From positions 1,488,001 through 1,552,000 of the forward strand of contig JBHGNT010000013.1 in assembly GCA_043228905.1 (NCBI GenBank): a stretch of DNA of 64,000 nt, given 5' to 3'. A program made the translations under genes and the position numbers. This document shows, in pieces, positions 52,301-64,000 of this stretch; within the stretch, counting starts at the first letter, position 1, and each line of letters opens with the position of its first letter. The stretch comes from Azolla caroliniana. Taxonomy: Eukaryota; Plantae; Polypodiophyta. Under the pieces are notes generated by a model. It saw only the letters and a program-made list of their open reading frames with translations, was not told where the DNA came from and did not search any database.

Positions 52301-54883
52301 CTGGCTCCATCGAGAGCCACTTCCGCGTCACCAAGTCCACGATGGAATCGTGGAAATCCTTCTTTGCAATCTTGAGCACCTCTGTCAGCGACAGCTCCAC
52401 CTTGTTGTTGAGAATCCATTCCTTGAGGACCTTTCGTAGGTCCATCCTCCTCTCAATCTCCGTGCTCAGCTAGTAACGGGCCCGCTTCATTCTATCCGAT
52501 GCGCCGGTGTTACCGGCCTCATTCTGCTTCGGCCCGAACCGGCTCTCATACCGCTAGGAAGGTCTGGGCCCTCCAAGCTTTCCCGCACGCTTGTCTTCTA
52601 CCAGAACCTCATAGTTCTGGCACGCTGCTTCCATGAACCCAGTTTTCTCCTCGATTGGGTCGTCCCATCCGGAAACCTCTCGGATCCGCTTCTCTGCATG
52701 GTCCGCTTCTTCCTTCCTAAGCCGTACGCTGGTGAGGCCTTCTAGCACCAACGGCCAGAATATGGAGTCTTCTGTCTTTCGGCCTTCGTCGCTTCTGACC
52801 TAGATTCCTGCCGACGCTGAGTAGTGGACGGCCTCCACATGGCGCGCCGCCACTTCTTCCATCAACCGCTTCATTCCTCCGCGCCCGGTATTCAGCTCCA
52901 ATGCTTTCTGGGTGTCGCTTGTGTGCACTCGTCCGTTCCACAAATACACCACATTGCTTCTAAGCGTGTCTGCAAAATCCGCGCACTCTTTCTGAACGTG
53001 GTCAACCATATCGCACCACATGCATCGTTGCCTTGCCGAAGGCCTCCGGTCACGGGACTGTTCGCCGATGTCTCTCCTGGCCTGCGCAATCTGGAGATCA
53101 CGCACCATTTGCATCAACTCTTCCAGAGCCACTCCTCCGGATGGGCCTTTGACCATGTCGGTCAAGGTCGAGCCTATCTCAAGCCAATCTCGGGTTCCCT
53201 CCTTTCGTGTTGGCGAAGGTTCCTCGAACTTCCTTGCTGTCACGGGTCTAGCCGTCGATGAACCCTCGTCGCCCCATTCACACCGTTTATCGAAACGGTT
53301 GCAGACTCTTTTTACCACTGCCCTGTTGGCCGTCATCCCTTCATCTGTCTCCAGCAAGAGGCCCACTTGCTCCCGGTCCCGCATGTCCACCACTTTGACG
53401 AACAACAAGACACGGCTCGTGTCTAGCACGGTCCTGTCAAGTGCCGAGAGCCGCGCAAAGCGTTCCTCAAACTTCCAGAGGAGTGCCGATACGTTCCTCC
53501 CCTTTCCGGGGGTCTCCACCCACTCCATGAAGTCCCGCTTCGACAACCGAAACGCGTCATCGAGCCCGTACTTCTCGAGGAGCCGACCTTCGAATTCTCC
53601 CTAGGTTCGGCACCCCGCCTGTACCTCGAGCACCTCTGCGTGGATGCCCAGCATTGCCACCTGAGGGAATCCGGCCAGTCATCTGTCCTCTAGGATGTCC
53701 CTCATCACCATCTTAGCTCGGTAGACCTCTAAATAGCTCTTAGCGTTCTTCCTGCCAAACCGGCCTATTGTGCCGACAATCGCTTCGAGGTCCTATCGAG
53801 ACGCCTATGCCCTCGCGAGCACTTATTATCCGATCAATGGTTGTTGCCATGGCTTCGGCCAGCTCTGATCCCCTCATCTTCGACTCCTCTGCTGCCTTGT
53901 TTCACGTCAGGTTCACCAAATATGTTGCAGGGGTCCTGGACCAAGGAACCCGAAACAGAAGGAAGAGCAAGGTGAAACAATGGGCCAGCAAGTAGGTACG
54001 CAGAGCTCACCGGGTGGACGATCCTCGATTCGCGCTTGTCGGCTCAACGATTACCGCGACAGTGCACGAAGAATGAACAACAACACACGCTCATCTGATT
54101 TCGTGCCAATAATGGGCCGAGACACAAACACAAATACGTAGAGGACTCACAAACAAGGAATTGATTAAGACAACGAAGCGAATACAAAGCTCTCGAGATT
54201 ACAAACGGTGATCCGGTGAGCGACCATGCGCAAACACCACACACACACACACACAGCATGCAATGGAGCCTCTGCCGAAGCGCACGAGCTTCTCCCTCGA
54301 GCAGAGGCAACCGACCAAAACCTGTAGAGCTCAACGAAGAAAAACGAGAAGAATGCTCAGTTCCTAGTCCGACAACACTTCGTCCTCCCAAAACGTGATA
54401 CCCCTTTCAACCATTTTCCCCTTTCTTTTATAGGCTGTCGGGGACGGCCGTCACATCCTAAATACATCATCTTTATTCTCTGTCCCTTCGGACAGAGATA
54501 TGCATCGATTTCCTAGCTAATAAATGTGTACTACCTAGTATATTTACATCAGCCGATCTATTCCTAATTATGTGCATCTTATCAATACTTGTGTCCGCGC
54601 GTAAGGGCTAGTTCATGCGTCTTATTCGTCAATTCCTCCTAAGGCCGGTTTTCTTCACGAAAACGCTCTTCCTCTTGTTCTCACTCTTTAGTTTTCTGTT
54701 TTCTTCTCTATTTTCTGATTTTCTCTCTGTTTTCTATTTTTGCTTTGTTGTTCTAAGAAAAATTAAGCCCCGCTTTGTTTTCTCGTCTTTTTATGTTTTT
54801 TCCTTGTAGTCCAACATCTATATACATGTGTTCACACACGCACACAAAAGACACACCCAAAAAAACATACAAGAGAAAAAGGG

Positions 54884-54929
<46 letters not shown>

Positions 54930-55032
54930 TAATTATAATTATAAATAATTATAACTTTCACCTTTTTGGCCCTAAGCCAATTCGACGCTCAACCGACTCC
55001 CAATCGCTTGAGTGGATAGACCCAACACTTTC

Positions 55033-55080
55033 CTCTCTTTGATAATGCACATCGTCACCATGTAAGCTATGAGAAGGAGT
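55033..55080 (-). pseudogene. Transmembrane/juxtamembrane piece of the RLK pseudogene
   Basis: LIAYMVTMCIIKERK joins in frame across the CTTTC TSD to VQSDLVKHLG at 37739. Confidence 0.65.
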
Positions 55081-58000
55081 GCCCTAAGTCATCTAAAGTG
55101 ATTGCCCTAAGTCATATTTATACTTATATGAACTTAGGACTATTTACAAATATAGCCTCAATAGGCTTATTCAAAACATATTTCAAATATGTCTTCTCTT
55201 CCGGTTCTCACCGGGTCCACCGATCCGGTTTCTGGATCTCTTCCGGTTCTCACCGGGTCCAGCACTCCGGTTTCCGGATCTCTTCCATTCTCACCGGGTC
55301 CTCTCCATTCATAACCGGATCCCATTCGGAGGGACCGATTTCCCAACAATCTCCCCCTTCACTCCAGCATGGGATGTCTCGCTAGCCCAATCCGCTTTCG
55401 GCATGCATCCATCTTGTCAGTTGTCAACACCTTGGTCAGCATATCCGACCCATTCTCCTCCGTGTGGATCTTCGTCAGCACAAACTCTTGATCTTCAACT
55501 CTCTCCCGGATCCAGTGGTACCTCCGCTGGATATGTTTTGTCCGGGAATGGTAGGCCGCATTCTTCACAAGGTGGATGGCACTTTGACTGTCGCAGTAGT
55601 ACCAGTATTCCATCTATTGGATCCCTAGCTCTCCAATAAAGTCCATCTAGATTATCTCCTTGCTGGCTTCTACAACTGCCATGTACTCTGCCTCCGTGGT
55701 TACAACGCAACCGTCTTCTGTAGCCTCGACTGCCACGAAACAGCTCCCCCTGCATAAGTCATGACATATCTGGATGTCGATCAGCTAGTATCCGCATCAG
55801 CCGATATTACCCGAATCGGTGAATCCGTCAAGTTGGGGATTACCGGAGCCAAACCGGAGGCACATACTCGAGGTGCCTTTCAGATACTGAAGTATCCACT
55901 TGACCGCGTTCTAGTGCTCTCTTCTGAGATTGCTCATGAACCTGCTCACCACTTCGACTGCATATCTGATATCCGGTCGGGTACATATCATCGCGTACAT
56001 CAAGCTTCCAATGGCAAAGGCATATGAAATCTTCATCATATCCGTCTTCTCTACCTTTGTCCTCAGGCTTTGTTTTCCGGATAGCTTGCAATTTGCCGGA
56101 AGTGTCGATCTGACCGGTTTCGCCTCCGACATGTTGAACCGTTGAAGCACCTTTGTCACGTACTTCTCCTGTGACAACCACAACAGCTTCTTCAATTGGT
56201 TCTTGATGATGTGCATTCCCAATATCTGTCTTGCTGAACCCAAGTCTTTCATTGAAAAGGTCCGGTTCAGAGCCTTCTTCAGCATCCGAATCTTGTCTTG
56301 GTCTCATCCGACGATCAACATATCATCCACATATAGGAGAAGTATCAAGGAATCTCCTTCGTCAAATTTCTTCACAAACACGCAATGATCGGCTTGTGGT
56401 ACCCTTGATCGGTCATGAAGGAGTCAAACTTCTGGTACCATTGCCTCAGAGCTTGCTTCAATCCATATAAGCTCTTCTTCAGCTGGCACACCAGGTGCTC
56501 CTTCCCTTTCTTCTCAAATCCTTCTGGTTGATGCATTTAGATCTCTTCTTCGAGGTCGCCATGTAGGAACCCGTCTTGACGTCCAGTTGCTCTACCTCAA
56601 GGTCCATGCTTGTCGTTATGCTCAATAACGTCTGGATGGATGTCATCTTTACTACCAGGGCAAAGATCTCATCGAAGTCCACTCCTTTCTTCTGTTGGAA
56701 GCCCTTCACCACGATCTGGGCTTTGTACCTTGGTGGATTTCCGGCGTCTCCCACTTTCAGCTTGTACACCCACTTGTTCTAGAGTGCTCTCTTCCCTTTC
56801 GGCAACTCCCTCAATTCATACATGTGGTTCTCATATAGGGAATCCATCTCATCTTGCATGGCACTCAACCACTTGCGGTTGTGGGTGTCTCTCTTTGCTT
56901 CTTCGAAGCTTTTCGGCTCCCCCTCATCGGTTAGCAACACATGCTCTGCATCCGGAAATCTCCGGGGGGCTCTTCTCTCTCGGAGAGGATATCTCCGTCC
57001 CTGGTTTCTGACCATCGGTTCCCCTATTTGTTCCTCATCTGAATCCGATTCGGGATCTTGTCTGGTTCCGGTGTCTTCTTCTTCTTCTTCTTCGGTCGGT
57101 TCGGTTTCTTGTCCGTATCCGGTCAATTCGTGAAGTGTCATCCGGCGACCGGCTAACATCTGGTTTTCAATCGGGTAAGTCCTTGTCTCCTCAAGCCGGT
57201 TTTCATTGGATGATCCGGAGTTCATCATCTTCTCCGACTCCCAGTCAGTAATGGTCCTGTCTTCCATTAAGACTATGTCCCGACTCCGGAACACCTTTTT
57301 GTCGACCAGATCCCACACCCGGTAACCAAACTCATCATCGTTGTATCCAAGGAATATGCATGGTCTGGACTTCAGATCCAGCTTTTCTCTCTTGTCCTTT
57401 GCAACATGCACATATGCGAGACACTCGAACACCTTCAGATGCTGGTAAGAACGTCCTTACCGGTCCATACTCTTTGCGGTGTGTCTCCGTCCAAGGGTAT
57501 TGAGGGTGATCTGTTTATCACGTAAGTCGCCCTCGTCAGCGTCTTAGCCCAAAACTTCTTGGGTAACTTGGCATGCGCTAGCATGCTGCGGACTCTCTCC
57601 ATTATGGTCTGGTTCATCCATTCAGCCAACCCGTTTAGTTCCAGCGTCTTCGGCACGGTATTCGAGTCGGATTCCCTTCAACTGGCAATACTTGAACTGC
57701 CCCCGATATTCTCCTCCATTGTCCGTTTGAACCACCTTCAGCTTCCAGCCGGTTTCTCTTTCCACTCTCGCGTGGAGCTCCTTGAAGACGGATAGCTCCT
57801 GATCCTTTGTCTTCAACGGTGAGACCCACAGCTTCCGGTTGTGGTTGTCTATGAACGTCACGAAGTACTGTGATCCGGCATGTGACTTCGTGTCCACTTG
57901 ACACACATCGGTATGCACCAGCTCTAGTGGTGCATTCCGTCTCATTGGTGTTCTTGACCAGAAGGAGGTTCGGTTTTGCTTGCCAGCCAAGCAATCAATG

Positions 58001-58874
58001 CACTTCTCAAGTTGCACGTCCTTTACCAGAATGAGATTGTCTTTGGCAAGTCTCTTCATCCCCTTTTGGCTCATATGACATAGTCTCTTGTGCCATAACT
58101 CACAGGCAGTGTCGGATGCTACGTTCACTTCTTCCCGGCGTATCTGGGCATTCATCAAGTACAGTGTGTTGACCTTCCACGCTTAAGCCACTATTGGGCT
58201 CCCTTTGCTGAACTTCATGACTCCGTTCCGGACGCTACCCGTGCAGTCTTCATCATCTAGCCGACCGACAGATATCAGGTTTACTCGAAGCTCCGGAACG
58301 TGTCAAACATCCTTCAGCAACAACTTGCATCCAGTTGACGTCATCAACAACACATCTCCTATGCCAACAATTTGGCATGTACATTCATTCCCCATCCGGA
58401 CACAACCATGATCACCGGCAGTGTAGGATGAGAAGCATTTCCAATCTGGTGTCAGGTGGAATGACGCTCCGGAATTAACAACCCACGTTGTCTTGTCGCT
58501 AACAAGGTTTAACTCATTCTCCTCGGTAATGAGCATCAGTTCTTTTTCACTTGTCATGATCGCCGATGCTGCTTTCCGATCCGGGCCTCTCCAGTCCGAC
58601 CCGTTTCGGTCTGAATTCTTGTTCGAATCGGTGGTGCCAGTTTCTTTCTCTTTCCGGAAATGCCAACAGTTCTTCTGGACGTCGTCGTAGTGTAATTCGC
58701 ACACTACGTGAAAATTGCATTTTGGTTCCTCCAGATGGGATAAGGAGGACCCGATAAGGAGACCCGATAAGAACCGGATCAAGCAGAACCGGCAAGAGCC
58801 GGATAAAGAAGGCCAGTGAGAGTCTCTCACCGAATGAAGAGACAAATTTATAAATAGAAGAAAAGATTGTTACA

Positions 58875-58945
58875 TGCATAGGGCAGGATTCGAACCTTGC
58901 ACCTCCATGTAGATAGACCCCAACCTTACCATTGTACTAACTTAT
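58875..58945 (-). promoter_or_regulatory. tRNA-derived Pol III A/B-box cassette within LTR
   Basis: Minus strand TAGTACAATGGTAAG ... GGTTCGAATCC, 43 nt from A-box start to B-box start. Confidence 0.7.
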
Positions 58946-61848
58946 CCTAAATGTTCTAAATGTAGATTTAATATATATAAGACCTTTATTTATGCCTACC
59001 TTAAAAGGTAAGTCATGCATTTTCAGAATGCGTGAATACTTTATTTATAAGAAAAATGTACACCAATAAAAAAATGACTTGTGCACATCTAGCGAGCATG
59101 AGCACTATATTTAGGAAATAAAAGCATAGTGTAAAAGGTAACTCATGCACATTTATTGTGCATGAACACTTTAGAAAAAGCATGAAGCTATGCTTAGCCT
59201 CTTCCATCCTTATATAAGGAGGAGAGAAAGATGTATGGTTTTGTTGATTATTTTGTAAGGATTGACCAATCTAATATATTCGTGGGATTCACGAATTTGT
59301 GATAGAAATTGTCTCTTACTATCTAAATATTGATTAAATACACTAAACTCGTGGGGATTCATGAGATTCATAACTTACCTATCTTTCTACCTATTCATTA
59401 CTAGCCTTATCTCATATTCTTCTTTCTCCTAGTCCAAAACCTCAGTGGTTCCCACCCGACTCACGCAACGATCCGGAGCCGAAAGGCACGACACAAGTGA
59501 TGAACCTGATGTGAAGACGGGTGGCAAGGAGATGGAGAATCAACAAGAGGCGATGAGCATAATGATGATGATGATTGAGCAGATGCAACAAGAACAATAT
59601 GCGATGTCGGAGATGAAGTCGGCAATAGAGTGGCTTGTGCAACGAAACAGGCAATTCAACGGAAATGATGTGTCACGCTATCTATGTGACTACAAGGCGG
59701 AGATGATGCAATGTGGGGTACCGGAAGGATTGCAAGTGATATCCTTCAGTCGGTGACCACGGATGAGTTACAAGAGAGAATCCACAAGATACGGCAACAA
59801 AACCAGACATGGGGGACCTTTGAAGAAGCTTTACGAGAGGCATATGACTACGGAGGTCGCCGGGAAGAGATCGACGCGAGTTTGACTAGTGGCTGGCATC
59901 GACAAAGACCCACCGAACTGCGACACTAGCATTCCTAGAGTTCGAGTATCGTTTTTCTCAACTCTCGGAGCGGGAACAAAGATTGGTGGGGGTAGATAAA
60001 GTCCTAATGTTCGTAAGATCAATCAATCGGAAAGAAAGGATGGACATCGGGATAGAACTCGAAGACAATGACAATGTGAATGGTCTCACCGAGGATTGGG
60101 CCGAAGTCGAAAGGGTATACCGAAGACATGATGAGAGGAAGACGAGAATCTTGTCAACAACAACATGGCCCATGAGGGATGGTAGATTGAGGAAAAACGA
60201 TGTAGCCGATATGAAGGCCGAAATACAATATGATGGGACCACAGGAGAGAGTGTGGGACAAGGCACCCTCTTGTCTTGTGAAAGAACGACAACCAAGGAT
60301 AAGGTCCATGACCTAAGAGTGGCGAACACCACTGCAAGTGTAGAAGAAGATTTCGGGATACAAGTGTCTGAAACATCGGATGAGAAAGAGGTAAGCATAA
60401 TCGATGTTTGCATAATTGTTGAAGTGAAAGACTGCAAGGAGGACTTGATTGAGGAGGTCGCCACGAAAGATGACATTGAATTGGAGGTGGCTATGGATGA
60501 ATCAATGGCGAATGACCGTATCAAGACTTTCTCACCACTAATTCCAGAGACTCCAGCGGTTGTGTCCGAAAACCAACATGAGACTGGAGAGACGGGAGAT
60601 GATGACGAGGAAGGTAAAGTCGAAAGCCAGTTCGGATGGAAGATGATCAGTCCAAAATTCCGATCTAAATGAAAACACGACAACGCGGAGGTCGGGTCTA
60701 CGACGGGAGAAGCGCATAATACGGAGCACGCACTACGATAGAATACGAAGCATGCACTACGGCGTAATACGACACATGCACTACGGCGAGAAATGAACTG
60801 TGCATTATAGGCGAGGACCTAAGAGCGAGTGCATATTCGGAGGTCGACATCGACGCGTGGGTAAAGCCTATGGAAGGCAAGCGTGGAGCAGAGAGAGACA
60901 GCATGTCGAGATGCTCAGGACAAGGGGACAATCGAGCCAAAGGAGGACCGAAGGCGGCAAGCAAGGGGCAGAATCCAACATGCGATCGGAGTGACTGGGA
61001 GCCCAATCGGAGGACCTACGCGGCGGACAACGGAAAGAAATGCCGAAGGTCGAACCAGTTGAGGTCGGTGAACACGAGGAAAAGAAAGCTAAACCAAACC
61101 GAAACCGATCAATCGAACCCGACCCGAAAGGGAACCGACTCGGTCAAAACCTATCAACCGAGTCTGATTCGGTCAAATACGAATCAGAATGGAAGTCAAT
61201 CCAACCGAAAGACAATCGGACGAGATCAAATCGGAAAGAAGCTAATCCGACTCAACCAGAGATCCGAAAAGAAGTCGAGGTTGATGAATACAAGATCGCA
61301 AGAAAAGACACTACCACGAATGGCAAGGACCAAGCAGATCAAGCGGATTTGAAGGGTGTTATTGAGGATTTGATATCGACAAGAAGGAGGGCTCTAACAT
61401 GAAGATTGTCAACTCTAACGCAAGATTGTACGACAAAGGTGGACGAAGTGTGAAGTGACTTGACCAAGGAGACAATCGGAACAAAGGTGGCACATGCATG
61501 AGACATGAAGGCTTAAGCTCAAGAAGAGTACAAAGAGTCATGACAACCGGTCATGGCCATGCAAAGAGTGAACGAAGAATATGGTGGATGGGATGGCAAC
61601 AATGGTTCGGGTAGAAAGAATGGATGTCCTCAAAATGGAGAGACAAAGTTGACATCGTAATAGAAACAAAGGGTACTACGAGTAAAGGAGAATTACGAGC
61701 ACTGGCAATTTCGGCACATACCGGAGGATGTGCGGGTTTGGAGTGGGCGAGTGTCGTAGTGTATTTCGTACACTACATGAAAAACATATATAGTACTCGA
61801 TTCAATAAATATGAAGAAAAAGAAGATAATATTAAAATACAAATTATA

Positions 61849-61917
61849 TGCATAAGGCAAGATTCAAACCTTGCACCTCCATGTTAATAATGTAAAGCCT
61901 TACCATTACACTAACAC
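61849..61917 (-). promoter_or_regulatory. tRNA-derived Pol III A/B-box cassette within LTR
   Basis: Minus strand TAGTGTAATGGTAAG ... GGTTTGAATC. Confidence 0.6.
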
Positions 61918-63611
61918 ATCATTTATGATAATAAAATAGATGTCCCACATACAGAGGTAAGTTCACGCTAGGATAAACTTTAGTTAGATGAAAATGCATG
62001 ATAAAAGAAAAAGCTACACATGCACATCTAGCGTGCATAAACACTATAGTCGATAAAAACGCATCAAGTTAGAAAAAGAAAGATCACTTTAGAAAAAGCA
62101 TGTTAGATAAAGCATATAGTCTATTGTTAGAGAAAATGCATGGATTATTAAGACTCTCTCATCACTATATAAGGATGGGGAGCACAATGTAATAGGGGGT
62201 TGTGGAATAATTGGAATTTGGATATATTTCCTAAAACACCAATTAATAAAATATAATCATGGGATTCACAAAGTTTTATATCATCTATCTCTTCCAATCT
62301 ATGATAAATTGTTATTAGGATTCCAAATATTAATAAATCTATTAATCTATACTTGTGGGATTCACAAGTTTTAAATATCTCTCGTTTAATCCAAATTCAT
62401 ATTCTTATCTTAATATTGAATAATCTAATACAATAGACTCATGGGATTCATGAGGTTTCTATATCTGTTTCTTAAAATCTACTTATATTCTTATTAGCCT
62501 TAAAACTCTCCTCCTCCTAGTCCGAAACCCCAACGGTTCCCACCCGACTCACGCAACGATCCGGAGCCGAAAGGCACGACAACGTCTCCCAACTATCCGG
62601 GAGGGAACCGAGCAGGAGTAGAGCAAGTACCTCATCGGCGAGAGGTACTTCCAACGAGGTTGCTTGGTGTATCAGCCCCTGGAAGGCATTCATGTGCTCC
62701 GCAATACTGGAGCCGTCTTGGTACTAGAGCCTCACTAGCTTCTGAAATACCGAAACCCAATTAACGGCATTCTTGTTCTAGAACATGATGTTGATCTTCT
62801 CCCAGAGTTCATGAGCCTTGCTCTCTTCATTGAAGTTGTTGTACATGCTCATGTCGATGAAGCACCGGGTGTATGTCGTCATCTTCATGTGCATCACCTC
62901 CCACACCGTGGCATCGATCTTATCCGGTCTCTTGTCCCCGAACTGAACCAGCAACCAAAGATCTTTAACCACCAGCATGTCCCTCATCTTCGACTTCTAC
63001 ACTGAGTAGTTGGAGCCGGTGAGCTTGAACATGCTGCCGAAAGATTCTTCCATTTTCTATGTTGTTCGCTCTGATACCAACCAGTTTGTCGAGAAATGCA
63101 CGGAATATCGTTAGGCCACAACCGAGTAGTAAGTCTCTTCTATAAGAATCAAACACAAAAATGGGAAATGGAGAGTACACAAAAAAATGACACGGGATGT
63201 TTACGTGGAAAACCCTAATAGGGAAAAACCACGGGAGCCCACAGACTCCGAACTATCACTATGAAGAGAAGGGGTACAATCAGAGACTCAGAGGCAACGA
63301 CCTCGAGCTCTGTTTCTTCGCACAGTAGCGGTTACAACAGAGTATCACTCTGTATCTCTCTCTCTCTGTACAACAGTTACAGCAATATAACAACACCACG
63401 ATCACAATCACATGCACTAAAGTGATTGCCCTAAGTCATATTTATAGTTATATGAACTTAGGGCTATTTACAAATATAGCCTCAATGGGCTTATTCAAGA
63501 CATATTTACAAATTTTTCTTCTCTTCTGGGTCTCACCGGGTCTCTTCCGGTTCTCACCGGGTCCTCTTTATTCATCACCAGATCCCATTTGGAGAGACTG
63601 ATTTCCCAACA

Positions 63612-64000
63612 AGGATGAATACCAACGTTATGGGGTAAGGCAAGGTGATAAGCAAATGACCCAACCCGCTTAAGGATTTCAAATGGGCCACAATATTGTG
63701 GGGCTAACTTAGCACACTCGCCCGTAGACAATGACGTAGAGTCCGTAGGGACACGCAAAAAAACTTTTTGACCAATAGTAAATGCACGAGGACGTCTATC
63801 CTGATCAGCATAAAATCGAGCACGATCTTGAGTTGTCTTGACATTCTCTTTGGCAATATGCAACATTTGGTTCATGTCTTGCAAAAAATTGCATGTACTG
63901 TCTAATGTATCATGATGAATCACGACATCAACTAGGGCACATGGCTGAAAACCATACATCAACATAAAAGGATTATATCCAGTGGATGTATGTTTAGAGC
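63612..64000 (-). mobile_element. Chromovirus-type gypsy integrase C-terminus
   Basis: KLAPQYCGPFEILKRVGSFAYHLALP (GPY/F module), truncated by the copia LTR. Confidence 0.85.

Larger units (their letters stand above)
38698..54662 (-). mobile_element. Ty3/gypsy element, tRNA-Trp primed; LTRs 53923-54662 and 38698-39486; degenerate gag-pol
   Basis: PBS TGGTGAACCTGACGTGA (53902-53918), knuckle CMWCDMVDHVQKEC, protease LIDHGS, RT LPQG/FLDDIPIKG, RNase H, integrase, GPY motif, PPT. Flanks ACGT/ACGC. Confidence 0.92.
37744..55027 (-). mobile_element. Solo copia LTR (37744-38697 + 54663-55027) split by a gypsy nest
   Basis: TGTTAGG...CCCAACA with TSD CTTTC at 37739-37743 and 55028-55032; homologous to the LTRs at 36758 and 12580-13672. 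Confidence 0.88.
58683..62581 (+). mobile_element. Non-autonomous (gag-only, LARD-like) Trp-primed gypsy element; LTRs 58683-59493 and 61752-62581
   Basis: PBS TGATGAACCTGATGTGA at ~59498, gag N-terminus homologous to the 38698 element, acidic tail, no pol, PPT. ACGT on both flanks. Confidence 0.85.
55093..63611 (-). mobile_element. Tnt1/Tork-like Ty1/copia element; 5' LTR 63087-63611, truncated 3' LTR 55093-55348
   Basis: PBS-Met 63070-63080, gag, protease WVVNSGAS, integrase, RT (QLDVKT, LLYVDDML), RNase H (YCDSQSAIHL, KHIQRRYH) and PPT. Confidence 0.93.

Overview
Eukaryotic nuclear DNA from a non-seed land plant, most likely a fern (inferred from an MTPSL gene plus plastid fragments with unedited C-to-U codons and a fern/bryophyte-type accD N-terminus). 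Most of the window is nested, mostly dead LTR retrotransposons: Ty1/copia, several Ty3/gypsy lineages and solo LTRs. The only clearly intact host gene is an intronless microbial-type terpene synthase (22846-24138), followed by a deleted tandem paralogue. Also present: a receptor-kinase pseudogene split by about 17 kb of nested insertions, a mosaic plastid insertion (clpP/ndhG/accD) inside a copia integrase, and a putative DNA-transposon gene with a satellite-filled intron. The most unusual signals are in one tRNA-Trp-primed gypsy lineage. One of its LTR families carries a tRNA-like Pol III A/B-box cassette, and all five insertions seen here sit at 4-bp CpG-centred target sites. All coordinates and homologies were read by eye; no database searches were run.
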